From the NCBI GenBank assembly GCA_964467225.1, contig CAYXPQ010000002.1:7901-71900 (forward strand): 64,000 nucleotides of DNA, in the 5' to 3' direction. Shown here piece after piece: positions 28,639 through 37,927 of the stretch. Origin of the DNA: an uncultured Candidatus Saccharibacteria bacterium (GTDB taxonomy: Bacteria; Patescibacteriota; Minisyncoccia; Phycocordibacterales; PALSA-1337). A model generated the notes under the pieces. It saw only the letters and a list, made by a program, of their open reading frames with translations, did not search any database and was not told where the DNA came from. Position 1 is the first letter of the stretch. Each line of letters opens with the position of its first letter. The position numbers and the translations under genes were made by a program.

Positions 28639-30156
28639 ATGAACTCAAAAATAATTAAGCGTCCACCAATAGTAGTTATCATGGGTCACATCGACCATGG
28701 TAAATCTACCCTTCTAGACTATATAAGAAAGACAAATATAGTTGCTAGAGAAGCTGGGGGTATTACGCAACACTTAGGAGCATATGAAGTTATGCACATG
28801 ACAAATGAAGGCAAGCAGGGCAAAATAACTTTTTTAGATACCCCAGGTCATGAAGCTTTCTGTAGTATAAGAGAGAGAGGAGCACATTCAGCAGATGTTG
28901 CTGTATTAGTAGTGTCAGCAGAAGATGGAGTTAAACCACAGACTATAGAAGCATTAAAATGCATTATCACTGAGAAGATTCCTTATATTGTTGCAATAAA
29001 TAAAATTGATAGACCTAGCGCAAATATTGAACTTACAAAGCAGAGTTTAGCTGAGAATGAAATATATGTAGAAGGATATGGCGGTGACATACCTGTCGTC
29101 CATATTTCTGCTCTTAATGGAGAAGGGGTTCCTGAGCTATTGGATATGATTCTCTTGGTTACAGATCTACAAGATCTAAAGGCTAATACAGAAGTTAATG
29201 CAGAAGGATCAATTATAGAAGCAAAAAGAGATAGTAAGAAAGGCATCTCCGCAACACTCTTAATCAAAAATGGCACAATCAAAAGTGGAATGTATGTAGT
29301 AGTGGAGAATGCTATATCACCAGTAAGAATTTTGGAGGATTATCAAGGTAAATCTATCAAATCCGCAACTTTCTCAAGTCCAGTTAGAGTAATTGGTTTT
29401 GACAAAATACCTAGAGTTGGTGCGAATTTTATTACCTGTAATAATAAAAAAGACGCTGAAGAGATAGCTAATCAATTCAAAAACAATACAAAAGCAAAAG
29501 TAACTCAGTCAATCAAAAAGGATGACAATGACACAACAGTAATAATACCTATCATTATAAAAGCAGATGTAATAGGAAGTCTTGAAGGAATAAAATATGA
29601 ATTAGCTAAAATTAAAAACGATAAAGTTAAAATCAAAATAGTTTCAGAAAGTATTGGAGATATAAATGAGAATGATGTAAAAACAGCACAAAGTGATCCT
29701 AATATCATTATTCTCAGCTTCAATACAAAAGCCGATTCAAAAGCTAGTGGCATCATAGAAAGAAATAATATTCAGGTAAAAACATTTGATATTATCTACA
29801 ATCTAATAACTTATCTTAAAGATATTGTTACTTCAAAAATTCCAAAAGAATACATTGATGAAGTATCTGGTCTAGCAAAAATACTTGCAGTATTTAGTAA
29901 AAATAAAGACAAACAAATATTAGGAGGTAAAGTTCAATCTGGAAGCTTGGTAGTAGGATCAGAAGTTAAAATCTTAAGAAGAGATAGTGAAATCGGCCGA
30001 GGCAAAATAAAAGAGCTTCAACAACAAAAAGTCAAAACTGATGAGGTTAGAGAAGGTTATGAATTTGGCTGTATGATAGAGTCAAAAACCGAAATAGCTG
30101 AAGGTGATAAAGTCCAAGGTTTCATCACAATCGAAAAGATAAATTCAATTAAATAA
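28639..30156 (+). CDS. infB: Translation initiation factor IF-2 (short form)
   Basis: RPPIVVIMGHIDHGKST, EAGGITQH, DTPGHEAF, NKID. Confidence 0.97.
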   Translation: MNSKIIKRPPIVVIMGHIDHGKSTLLDYIRKTNIVAREAGGITQHLGAYEVMHMTNEGKQGKITFLDTPGHEAFCSIRERGAHSADVAVLVVSAEDGVKPQTIEALKCIITEKIPYIVAINKIDRPSANIELTKQSLAENEIYVEGYGGDIPVVHISALNGEGVPELLDMILLVTDLQDLKANTEVNAEGSIIEAKRDSKKGISATLLIKNGTIKSGMYVVVENAISPVRILEDYQGKSIKSATFSSPVRVIGFDKIPRVGANFITCNNKKDAEEIANQFKNNTKAKVTQSIKKDDNDTTVIIPIIIKADVIGSLEGIKYELAKIKNDKVKIKIVSESIGDINENDVKTAQSDPNIIILSFNTKADSKASGIIERNNIQVKTFDIIYNLITYLKDIVTSKIPKEYIDEVSGLAKILAVFSKNKDKQILGGKVQSGSLVVGSEVKILRRDSEIGRGKIKELQQQKVKTDEVREGYEFGCMIESKTEIAEGDKVQGFITIEKINSIK

Positions 30157-30157
30157 A

Positions 30158-30490
30158 ATGAGTAGTTCAAGAGATCAAAAATTAAAGGATGTAATAAAAG
30201 AAGCTGCTGCCCTTTTCCTCCAAAAAGAATCAAATTACACATCAATTCTTACCGTTACAGATGTGGCTTTGTCTGAGAAGAGCAATAATGCGACAATTTA
30301 TTTTACTGTTCTTCCTGATAATAAGGAGAAAGCTGCACTAGACTTTGTAAAAAGAAAAAGAGCAGAATTCAGGGAATATTTCAAAAGTCGTGCTAGAATG
30401 AGAGTTCTTCCATTTTTTGATTTTGAAATAGACAAGGGAGAAAAAAATCGTCAAAGAATAGACGAAATAGCTAGAAATGTTATAGAATAA
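30158..30490 (+). CDS. rbfA: Ribosome-binding factor A
   Basis: LTVTDV, ATIYFTV, MRVLPFFDFEID; follows infB. Confidence 0.88.
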   Translation: MSSSRDQKLKDVIKEAAALFLQKESNYTSILTVTDVALSEKSNNATIYFTVLPDNKEKAALDFVKRKRAEFREYFKSRARMRVLPFFDFEIDKGEKNRQRIDEIARNVIE

Positions 30491-30504
30491 TCAAAGTTAA
30501 CCAT

Positions 30505-30578
30505 GGCGTAGTGGCGAAGTTGGTCAACGCGACAGTCTGCAAAACTGTTATGCACCGGTTCGATCCCGGTCTACGCCT
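30505..30578 (+). tRNA. tRNA-Cys(GCA)
   Basis: GGCGTAG/CTACGCC; ACAGT-CTGCAAA-ACTGT. Confidence 0.95.
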
Positions 30579-30587
30579 CAATATTAT

Positions 30588-30896
30588 TTATTCCCTGTGC
30601 AAACTCTTGAATACTGAACCAATAATAAAGAACACTAGTGACAATCCAATAATTACAATAGCTGCACCTTGTTGATAATCAGTGACTTTTAAATTGTCTG
30701 TAAAATAACCAACCACAGTAACAAAAACAGTTAGTAAAATAAATACAGAAAAAGTAGATTTAAAGGGGTACCTACTAACTTTAGTAGAATCATCTAATTT
30801 AAACATTGGATCAGGTTTTATAGCTCCTTCCTTTTCTAAGACAGTTATTTTCTCTTTAACTGATTTTGCTAATAAGTCCTCGCGTATATTTTGCAT
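30588..30896 (-). CDS. Small 2-TM hypothetical protein
   Basis: 102 aa with two hydrophobic helices. Confidence 0.65.
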   Translation of the reverse strand: MQNIREDLLAKSVKEKITVLEKEGAIKPDPMFKLDDSTKVSRYPFKSTFSVFILLTVFVTVVGYFTDNLKVTDYQQGAAIVIIGLSLVFFIIGSVFKSLHRE

Positions 30897-30963
30897 ACTA
30901 TAATTCTAACATATAATATATTTTGATTATCAACAGCAAAAATGTTAGACTACATTTAGAAAT

Positions 30964-31045
30964 GCCCGAGTGGTGGAACTGGTATACACGCACGACTTAA
31001 AATCGTGTCCTTTACAGGATGTGGGTTCGATTCCCACCTCGGGCA
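30964..31045 (+). tRNA. tRNA-Leu(TAA)
   Basis: GCCCGAG/CTCGGGC; CACGA-CTTAAAA-TCGTG; long variable arm. Confidence 0.95.
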
Positions 31046-31117
31046 CAGACATCATACAATTGCTAAATAACTATATTTCTGTTATATTTTTTATACAAAA
31101 TATAATAAATACAGTAT

Positions 31118-31190
31118 GCGTCCATAGCTCAGCTGGTAGAGCAGATCCCTCTTAAGGATAAGGTCGTAGGTTCGATCCCTACTGGACGCA
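31118..31190 (+). tRNA. tRNA-Lys(CTT)
   Basis: GCGTCCA/TGGACGC; ATCC-CTCTTAA-GGAT. Confidence 0.95.
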
Positions 31191-31209
31191 CCCGTTATAT
31201 AACGGAAAT

Positions 31210-31291
31210 GCCGGGGTGGCGAAATTGGCAGACGCACTTGCCTTAGGAGCAAGCGGGGTAACCCATGGAGGTTCAAGTCCTCTCTCCGGCA
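31210..31291 (+). tRNA. tRNA-Leu(TAG)
   Basis: GCCGGGG/CTCCGGC; CTTGC-CTTAGGA-GCAAG; long variable arm. Confidence 0.95.
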
Positions 31292-31453
31292 CTAGATTAT
31301 TACTATAATAAATATAGCAGCAATATGTGCCTTATTAACCATTGACTTTCATGGTCATTTATGATACATATCTAATGTAGATTTCCTTTACCAGATGTGA
31401 TGAACATTGGTTGAAAGGAAACGAAACTTTGACAACTAGTAGAAAGACATGTT

Positions 31454-32266
31454 ATGGCAAACCCAACAAATCCGCCTGGACCGACACCGAATCCGACACC
31501 AACTCCAGCGCCTGCTCCACAGCCTGCGCCGAATCCGACACCTGCTCCACAACCCCCAAGGAGAATCTCGAGAACTCTGCCTAGTTTGACTCAATTCTGG
31601 AACAAACATTACATGAAATTTTGGGGGGTGTTAGGGGTTTTCCTTGTACTGGTTTTTTTTGTTTCTGTATTTCTTATCATCGACCCTGTGGGAAGATATC
31701 AGAACTATAAGAAACAGCATACCGAAGAGGATTCGAAATCCCAAACTTCACCCAACACAAGCGATTTGGTAACAGTTCCGATAACCAACACCTCTCCCGA
31801 TTCGATCGTACTAGACAGCAACAGCAGAGAAGGTGTGTCTGTTAGTCACTCGACTAACGGCAATGCCATAAAAGTTGTGGGCAACAAAGATTCCCGAGTA
31901 ATAATCAGCATCGGGAGTGACAACCCCACGATTGCTCAATCTCGAAACCCCCTACTCAACCCGGACAGGGTGATCAAGCTCGATGCCTTGAGAGACGGGA
32001 AAATTGAAGCCATTACTGGCTTTTACTACATCACGAATACGGTAAATGCCCTGGAAAACGTTTTGTTCCAGATACCGACGGGATGGGCTATGCAAGCCTC
32101 TACTCTTCCATATCCACCAGGGATGGTGAAGGCGTTAGATGAGCGAGGAAATCCGCTTAATGGTAAGTTGGTAAGTGGAGGTTGCATGTTGGTTCAGAAT
32201 TGCAGTTCCACAATCGATGTAGAACTAAGATGGGAGTGTATGATAATTGCCACAAGTGGCAAGTAA
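31454..32266 (+). CDS. Orphan single-pass membrane protein with Pro-rich N-terminus
   Basis: PTPNPTPAPQP repeats followed by a TM helix; GC-richer than the core genes. Confidence 0.75.
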   Translation: MANPTNPPGPTPNPTPTPAPAPQPAPNPTPAPQPPRRISRTLPSLTQFWNKHYMKFWGVLGVFLVLVFFVSVFLIIDPVGRYQNYKKQHTEEDSKSQTSPNTSDLVTVPITNTSPDSIVLDSNSREGVSVSHSTNGNAIKVVGNKDSRVIISIGSDNPTIAQSRNPLLNPDRVIKLDALRDGKIEAITGFYYITNTVNALENVLFQIPTGWAMQASTLPYPPGMVKALDERGNPLNGKLVSGGCMLVQNCSSTIDVELRWECMIIATSGK

Positions 32267-32279
32267 CTTCCATCACTCA

Positions 32280-32307
32280 AAGGGGCGTCACGCAAGTGGC
32301 GCCCTTA
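32280..32307 (+). terminator. Intrinsic terminator with GCAA tetraloop
   Basis: GGGCGTCAC-GCAA-GTGGCGCCC followed by a T-rich tract. Confidence 0.8.
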
Positions 32308-32473
32308 CTTTTTATATTTAATCATTTATCAATTTATAATGATTTTTCATCATTGACTTACATCAAAAATCATGCTATTATACTAAGTAGACTTTAGTGA
32401 CTTATCCAAGTCTCCTCTACACTTTGTGTATTGGGAAATGAGGAAAAGTTTTGACAATCACTGGAAAGAGAGA

Positions 32474-33418
32474 ATGAAAAATAATGACATTTCATACCTA
32501 GGAGCATTCCTTAGGTTCATCCTACTTGGAGGTATTGTGTCGGTAGTCATCTGGTTGATTCTCGGAACAAACACCAAGAATACCCTGTTCATAGGGTTCT
32601 TGGTATGGGGATCACTGTACTTCTTTGTTTTGTTTGATCGCTTTTGGATTAACCCAGACGCAAACACCCAGGTCATACTACAAAATTATTTCCAAAAACC
32701 CAGTAACGGTGGTTATGGAAATATGGTAGACGATCTTGAAATACCAAAAGGACAAAGAGTGGTGGGTACCGGCTGGTCACCAAAGAGGTTCTTTGAGTAT
32801 CCAGTTGGAAATCCAATAGCTACCAAGAATGAGGAAGTTAGAAAACCGATTGAAATCAGGGATAAAAATAACATACCGTTTTCTATTACTCTTCGATTCT
32901 TCTTGAGACCAATCAAAGGTCACTATCTGGCTCGATATCCTTTAATACCAGATGATGTAGCGAAAGACTACTTTACTGGGAGATTCACACAATACATGGA
33001 AGGTGTATTGGCTGACAAAGACGGGGACAAAGATGTCATCAACAAACTTGAAGATGCCAAGAGTGACTTTGCATTAGGTCTTGAGGCAATCTTCGGTGGT
33101 TCAAATACCATTAGTGATGATGAAAAAAGGTATGCAAGAACCGTTCATGACATTGCAATTGTTGAGATTGCAAAAGGAAAAACCGCTCAAGCTGCAGCAC
33201 AAGTCGAGGTGATGGCTCAACAACTGGCCACCGCAACGGAAACTCTTATTAGGAAGGGGGTAGATCCGAGCATAGCAGCTTCCATATCAGCAGCATTAGC
33301 TGAAACTAATGCTGATATAAGGATATTTGGCATCAGTGGTGCAGAACATCTCACACACCTTGGACTCGGTGCTGACACTGATAAATCCAAAGGTCAGAAG
33401 GGAGGCAAATCAAAATGA
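32474..33418 (+). CDS. Divergent SPFH/band-7-like membrane protein (start probably ATG at 32474)
   Basis: 2 TM, then a beta-rich region (IEIRDKNNIPFSITLRFFLRP resembling SPFH T-x-D-x-V), then an Ala-rich coiled coil; GGAAAGAG RBS. Confidence 0.55.
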   Translation: MKNNDISYLGAFLRFILLGGIVSVVIWLILGTNTKNTLFIGFLVWGSLYFFVLFDRFWINPDANTQVILQNYFQKPSNGGYGNMVDDLEIPKGQRVVGTGWSPKRFFEYPVGNPIATKNEEVRKPIEIRDKNNIPFSITLRFFLRPIKGHYLARYPLIPDDVAKDYFTGRFTQYMEGVLADKDGDKDVINKLEDAKSDFALGLEAIFGGSNTISDDEKRYARTVHDIAIVEIAKGKTAQAAAQVEVMAQQLATATETLIRKGVDPSIAASISAALAETNADIRIFGISGAEHLTHLGLGADTDKSKGQKGGKSK

Positions 33419-33786
33419 ATACTAAGAAATTAGGAAAATGGCTTGGTGCCGCATTCCTACTACTGATGTGGATGCTTTACAGATCTAGCACGTGGTCAAA
33501 TACTGAGAAATCAGATCAAGCCACCACCTTCACCACCCCCATCACCCCCAGCGAATGGACCTGCATACCCACCAAAGGTAAAGACCTCCATTTCTCAATC
33601 ACCCCAACCAATGGGGTGAAACTCAAATACACCGTTGTACTCGACGGCAATATGAGCAACAAGTTTGTCTTTCCAGGGACAAACATACCGCCACACTTGT
33701 ACTATGGTGTGACAAATCTCTGGGTCAAGCTTAATAGTGGACAGATCCATAATGTTGGATACTTGTCCTACTATTGGACTGACTAG
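33415..33786 (+). CDS. Orphan membrane-anchored protein, translationally coupled to the previous gene
   Basis: ATGA overlap, GGAGG RBS, N-terminal TM. Confidence 0.7.
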   Translation: MNTKKLGKWLGAAFLLLMWMLYRSSTWSNTEKSDQATTFTTPITPSEWTCIPTKGKDLHFSITPTNGVKLKYTVVLDGNMSNKFVFPGTNIPPHLYYGVTNLWVKLNSGQIHNVGYLSYYWTD

Positions 33787-33793
33787 AGACCAA

Positions 33794-33830
33794 GAGACCT
33801 GCACGCGAGCGTGCAGGTCTCCTTTCTTTT
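33794..33830 (+). terminator. Strong intrinsic terminator
   Basis: GAGACCTGCACG-CGAG-CGTGCAGGTCTC then CTTTCTTTT. Confidence 0.85.
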
Positions 33831-33852
33831 AAATTTTTTAGTAATTCAGTAA

Positions 33853-34152
33853 CTAGAATGGTAATACTTCGGGCTGTCCAACTGTATTAGCGACAAATCT
33901 TATTATTCCATATACAGACACCATAATGAATATTCCCACTACTCCCCATAATATATGATTCTTGGATTGATTCCTTCTATCTTCATCTCCCCTGAAGAAT
34001 CCATACAATCCCCATATAAATACTAGAATTGTGACCCCAAATAAAACTTGAATTACAGGCATAACAATATTATCTACAATTTTTGGTACTATAGCATTAA
34101 GAGCCGCATCTGCATTTGAGGCACCATAAACAATTGTAAATAATGGAAACAT
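33853..34152 (-). CDS. Pilin-like (TrbC/VirB2-like, CPR type) membrane protein
   Basis: Two TM helices flanking a charged loop; ILWGVVGIFIMVSVYGII. Confidence 0.75.
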   Translation of the reverse strand: MFPLFTIVYGASNADAALNAIVPKIVDNIVMPVIQVLFGVTILVFIWGLYGFFRGDEDRRNQSKNHILWGVVGIFIMVSVYGIIRFVANTVGQPEVLPF

Positions 34153-34158
34153 ATAAAC

Positions 34159-34530
34159 TTATCTACTTACATTAGTATTTGGATCTATTGTCTTTGGGAA
34201 AAATTGAGTTGGAACTGTATCATCTGTTCTAAATGATCTCTTAAGTATATTTACAAGACCCCAAATAGATAGAATAACAAATAATCCAATAACACCATAT
34301 AATATAGCACGTCCACCTTCTTTTCTTTGATCTTCACCACCTGCGATCAAATACCTTACAACATTCACAACAATCCAAATAACAGAGAATGAAATAAGGA
34401 GAATTATTATTGTATCGCCGATCGTTGTTGCCTTTCGAGTTACATCATCAAGATTATTTATTTGACCAGTAACTTGAGCAAAAACTGATACAGGCACGAG
34501 AGAAATCAAAAACGCAATGAATTTTTTCAT
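34159..34530 (-). CDS. Pilin-like (TrbC/VirB2-like) protein
   Basis: Signal peptide ..VFAQ; ILYGVIGLFVILSIWGLVNIL. Confidence 0.8.
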   Translation of the reverse strand: MKKFIAFLISLVPVSVFAQVTGQINNLDDVTRKATTIGDTIIILLISFSVIWIVVNVVRYLIAGGEDQRKEGGRAILYGVIGLFVILSIWGLVNILKRSFRTDDTVPTQFFPKTIDPNTNVSR

Positions 34531-34626
34531 AATTAATTATTTAATAATAAACTTCTAATACAGTCCATATTGTAACATTTAGATACCCATTTACAAACTT
34601 ATCTGTGGAAAGAAAGAATAGTGATA

Positions 34627-35181
34627 TTACATATCTCTATTACTATCATAATCAGTATTTGATCCAGAACCAGGATTTGAAACACCACCAAGATTTGTCG
34701 AGCCACCAGTATTAGATACTCCACCCAAATTTGTGGATCCACCTGTATTTGAAACACCACCAAGATTTGTTCTAGAACCTCCTCCTGAATTAAAGATAGG
34801 ATTTGAACTACTATTGTTACTAGATCTAAAACTTCCAAATATAGTATTAGGTGGCAAGTTATTATCTAACTTGAAGCTATTCATCAATATATTTACCAAA
34901 CCCCAAAAAGAAAGCATAACAAAGAAACCTATCACACTCCACATTACATATAGTCCAGCCTCTTTCTTTGCAGTTACATCATCACTACCAGAAATAAAAT
35001 ATTTGTAAACATTGTATACAAACATGAGTACAGCTAATGAAAGTATAAGATATATTGCAATTTGTATATAATCAGTTATTACTCCTGCCAAACCCCTTAA
35101 ATCTTTAGTTTGTTGAGCATAAGATAGGAATGGTATAAAAAATAATGAAGTTATAATTGTTTTTAATTTAAAATTTTTCAT
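34627..35181 (-). CDS. Pilin-like protein with Gly-rich repeat tail
   Basis: Signal peptide; VMWSVIGFFVMLSFWGLVNIL; (GGSTNLGGVSNT)x3. Confidence 0.8.
   Translation of the reverse strand: MKNFKLKTIITSLFFIPFLSYAQQTKDLRGLAGVITDYIQIAIYLILSLAVLMFVYNVYKYFISGSDDVTAKKEAGLYVMWSVIGFFVMLSFWGLVNILMNSFKLDNNLPPNTIFGSFRSSNNSSSNPIFNSGGGSRTNLGGVSNTGGSTNLGGVSNTGGSTNLGGVSNPGSGSNTDYDSNRDM
34675..34785 (-). repeat. About three copies of a 36-bp coding tandem repeat
   Basis: atttgaaacaccaccaagatttgt at 34675 and 34747, with a synonymous variant between them. Confidence 0.8.
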
Positions 35182-35186
35182 ATTTA

Positions 35187-35645
35187 TTATTTTATTGGAC
35201 TATTAAGAATACCCTCTTTCACCACTCCAGCTTGCTTCAAAGTATTTTGTACTATAGTAACGATTACCTTGGAACTTATCAGTACTGCTAATCCTATTAT
35301 TATATATGTAAATTTCTTTTTTGCATCTTCTATCTCTTTTGGATTTCCTTGAGCCAAGACGAATTTGAAACCTGTGAATATAATTGCAAATACTGCATAT
35401 AGTATTCCTATATAAATTAGTATGTCTATGCCTAAATAAATAACTTCTTCAACGCTATCAACCTTTAGAGGGTTCTGAAGCTTCACTAACTGCTGAACTG
35501 GTGTTGTTTTATTTGGATCAGGTTTACCACTAACCGAACCATCAGACACCTTTCCACTGACACTTCCATCGGACTGTGCTAGAACAATATTGGATGCAGA
35601 TAATAATAATATTGTTATTAAAAAAATTTTAATTAATTTATTCAT
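35187..35645 (-). CDS. Pilin-like (TrbC/VirB2-like) protein
   Basis: LQNPL, GFKFVLAQGNPKEIEDAK..IIIG. Confidence 0.8.
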   Translation of the reverse strand: MNKLIKIFLITILLLSASNIVLAQSDGSVSGKVSDGSVSGKPDPNKTTPVQQLVKLQNPLKVDSVEEVIYLGIDILIYIGILYAVFAIIFTGFKFVLAQGNPKEIEDAKKKFTYIIIGLAVLISSKVIVTIVQNTLKQAGVVKEGILNSPIK

Positions 35646-35646
35646 A

Positions 35647-36072
35647 TTATTTTAAATTAGACAGTGTATCTATTCCAGTAAAATTAGGATTCTTTATCCA
35701 ATCTACCAATGTTGTAACAATAAACCATGCTGTCAATGCAATTATAAAACCTATAATTGCATTTTTCATTATCTCTCGAGACCTCTTCAGATCTGTCTCG
35801 GAACCACTAATATGCAGATAACCTGCGTATGCGAACATTCCGGCTACTACTGGAAGTGAAAGTGTAAATGCCCAATTTATCAGTTGATTTATTATTACTA
35901 TAAGATTATAGAAATTACATGATATATTCCTATCTGGTTCAACTAGTTCATTAACCACTCCATCGCATTTTACTAATCCACTATAATCAAGTGAGGCTCC
36001 AACACCCTGAGCCGAAGAGTCATTTGGTATTAGAACTAGTGATAATAGAAATATTAATAATAACTTTTTCAT
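35647..36072 (-). CDS. Pilin-like protein
   Basis: GLVKCDG..C, FAYAGYL, NAIIGFIIALTAWFIV. Confidence 0.8.
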   Translation of the reverse strand: MKKLLLIFLLSLVLIPNDSSAQGVGASLDYSGLVKCDGVVNELVEPDRNISCNFYNLIVIINQLINWAFTLSLPVVAGMFAYAGYLHISGSETDLKRSREIMKNAIIGFIIALTAWFIVTTLVDWIKNPNFTGIDTLSNLK

Positions 36073-37379
36073 ATATTATTTAAAACAATATCATATTCAT
36101 CACTACCATCCTGCAACGCTTGCAATGAATTCTTCCTTCCACTTGTTACTGATTCAACAATATTCTTAAATAATTTTGTCGATTCATTCTTATTAGTGTC
36201 TAACCATCCCTTGGAGATAACTGCTGAATCGTAGAATATAGATAAATATGGATCTGTAGTTCCAGAAATAATCAGGTCAATTTTGACTGGTGGTAAATAT
36301 GCTAAATCTATCATCTCTTGAAGTGCATCACTGGATATCAGTGAAGAAAGTACAGTAAATGCAGATGCAGGATCTGCTGAACTCCTAACAATAGAAAATC
36401 CATACATAGCTCCATATGTAGCACGGTTCTGTGCACCTCGAGCTTGAGGGATAGGTGCAATATCGAAGTTTAAATTTGGATTTTTATTTCTCAAATCAGA
36501 AATCTCGGAAGCAAAACCAAAATATGTTGCAAGATTACCAGACAAAAAGGAACTCTTAGAATTTGCTATAGAACGATTCCAAGAATAATTAGGATCAGTT
36601 GGATTTGAGAATTGAGTAAAGAAATCCAATGCAGGTTTTGAAGTCTTAGTACCATCAAATCCTCTACTACCTAGTGAGCTGGCTAATGAAATTGGAGCAT
36701 TAGTATCAAAATTTGTCTTATATGTTATAGGATTACCTGCTTGAAGAAATAGTGTACCTAGTATTTCTCTAGCATGAGAAATATTTGTAAATTCACCCAT
36801 AGCTATGGCACTCTTTCTTACATTTGAATTTACATCTTTGATTGTTAACTTATTATTTAGATTTGTAAATTCATCCCAATATTTAGGGTAAGTTGGTATA
36901 CCTGCATTAATAAATGTATCCCTATTCCAATACATTACCATAGGGTCAATTACGAAAGGCAAAGCCAGTGTACCTCCTGACACAAGATACAATTCTGCTT
37001 GCGATATAAAACTACTTTTAAAATCTCTTTCTGTAAGAGCTGTTGGTGGAATCAGAGTAATCTTGTCTACATATCTAGATATTAAATCTTGAGACACCAA
37101 TATCGCATCTGGTCCTTGTCCTCGTGCCAAAGCCTCTATAAATGTTTTGTCAAAATTTAATTCTGATATTTCTGTATAATTTATTTTTAATTGTATTGCT
37201 CTTGTTGAATTAATTCTGCCAACATAATCATTAAAAACCCTAGCTGGAAATGTCCCCCATACAGCTATTGTGGGCAATTCAGTCTTCTGGCTTGCCCCTT
37301 TATAGGTGGCAAATAATGCCACACCAATGATTGCAAAAACTACAAATATTGCTGTTAAAATTGCTTGAAATTTACTCAT
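36069..37379 (-). CDS. Extracellular solute-binding protein (family 1, sugar-type)
   Basis: ALARGQGPD, ALPFVIDPMVMYWNRD, FDIAPIPQ. Confidence 0.85.
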   Translation of the reverse strand: MSKFQAILTAIFVVFAIIGVALFATYKGASQKTELPTIAVWGTFPARVFNDYVGRINSTRAIQLKINYTEISELNFDKTFIEALARGQGPDAILVSQDLISRYVDKITLIPPTALTERDFKSSFISQAELYLVSGGTLALPFVIDPMVMYWNRDTFINAGIPTYPKYWDEFTNLNNKLTIKDVNSNVRKSAIAMGEFTNISHAREILGTLFLQAGNPITYKTNFDTNAPISLASSLGSRGFDGTKTSKPALDFFTQFSNPTDPNYSWNRSIANSKSSFLSGNLATYFGFASEISDLRNKNPNLNFDIAPIPQARGAQNRATYGAMYGFSIVRSSADPASAFTVLSSLISSDALQEMIDLAYLPPVKIDLIISGTTDPYLSIFYDSAVISKGWLDTNKNESTKLFKNIVESVTSGRKNSLQALQDGSDEYDIVLNNI

Positions 37380-37927
37380 GGTTTTTTAAATATAATTCCA
37401 TAATGATGGTCGCCTGCATCAAAACTTTTTTCTAATTCCATTCCAACCTTTTGGAAAATACCTTCAGCCAACAAGCGCGGAACTAAAGTCTTAGGACTTA
37501 GTGTGGTACCTTGAGCCCAATCGATCACCATTAATTTGCCACCGGATTTTAAAAGTCTTTTGATCTCAAGAGCTAAATTTTCCCTATCAGCAGATTCAAC
37601 TTGAAACAATGTATTGGAAAGTATTACTCGATCAGCAATAGATTCTCTTAATTTTGTCCCACCAATTTTTTCTATATTTCCCCAAACAACTTCCACATTA
37701 TGCAGACCCATGAGGCCCGCAGATGTCTTGATTTTAGATAGTAAATCTTGCTGAACATCTACTGCATATACCATTCCACGAGGTCCGACTTTCTTGGCAG
37801 ATTCAATAACATAAAAACCTGACCCTGCACCAAGATCAACAACCCTCATGCCATCTGTAATACCACATTCAGCAATATTTTTTTGCGGATCAGAAAACAT
37901 AGGTATATTATACCCTTTTATAGACAA
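37376..37927 (-). CDS. Class I SAM-dependent methyltransferase
   Basis: [27 protein letters not shown]. Confidence 0.9.
   Translation of the reverse strand: MSIKGYNIPMFSDPQKNIAECGITDGMRVVDLGAGSGFYVIESAKKVGPRGMVYAVDVQQDLLSKIKTSAGLMGLHNVEVVWGNIEKIGGTKLRESIADRVILSNTLFQVESADRENLALEIKRLLKSGGKLMVIDWAQGTTLSPKTLVPRLLAEGIFQKVGMELEKSFDAGDHHYGIIFKKP

Noticed and set aside
30970-31276. ORFs 30970..31155 and 31091..31276
   Set aside because: They are shadows of the tRNA-Leu, tRNA-Lys and tRNA-Leu genes.
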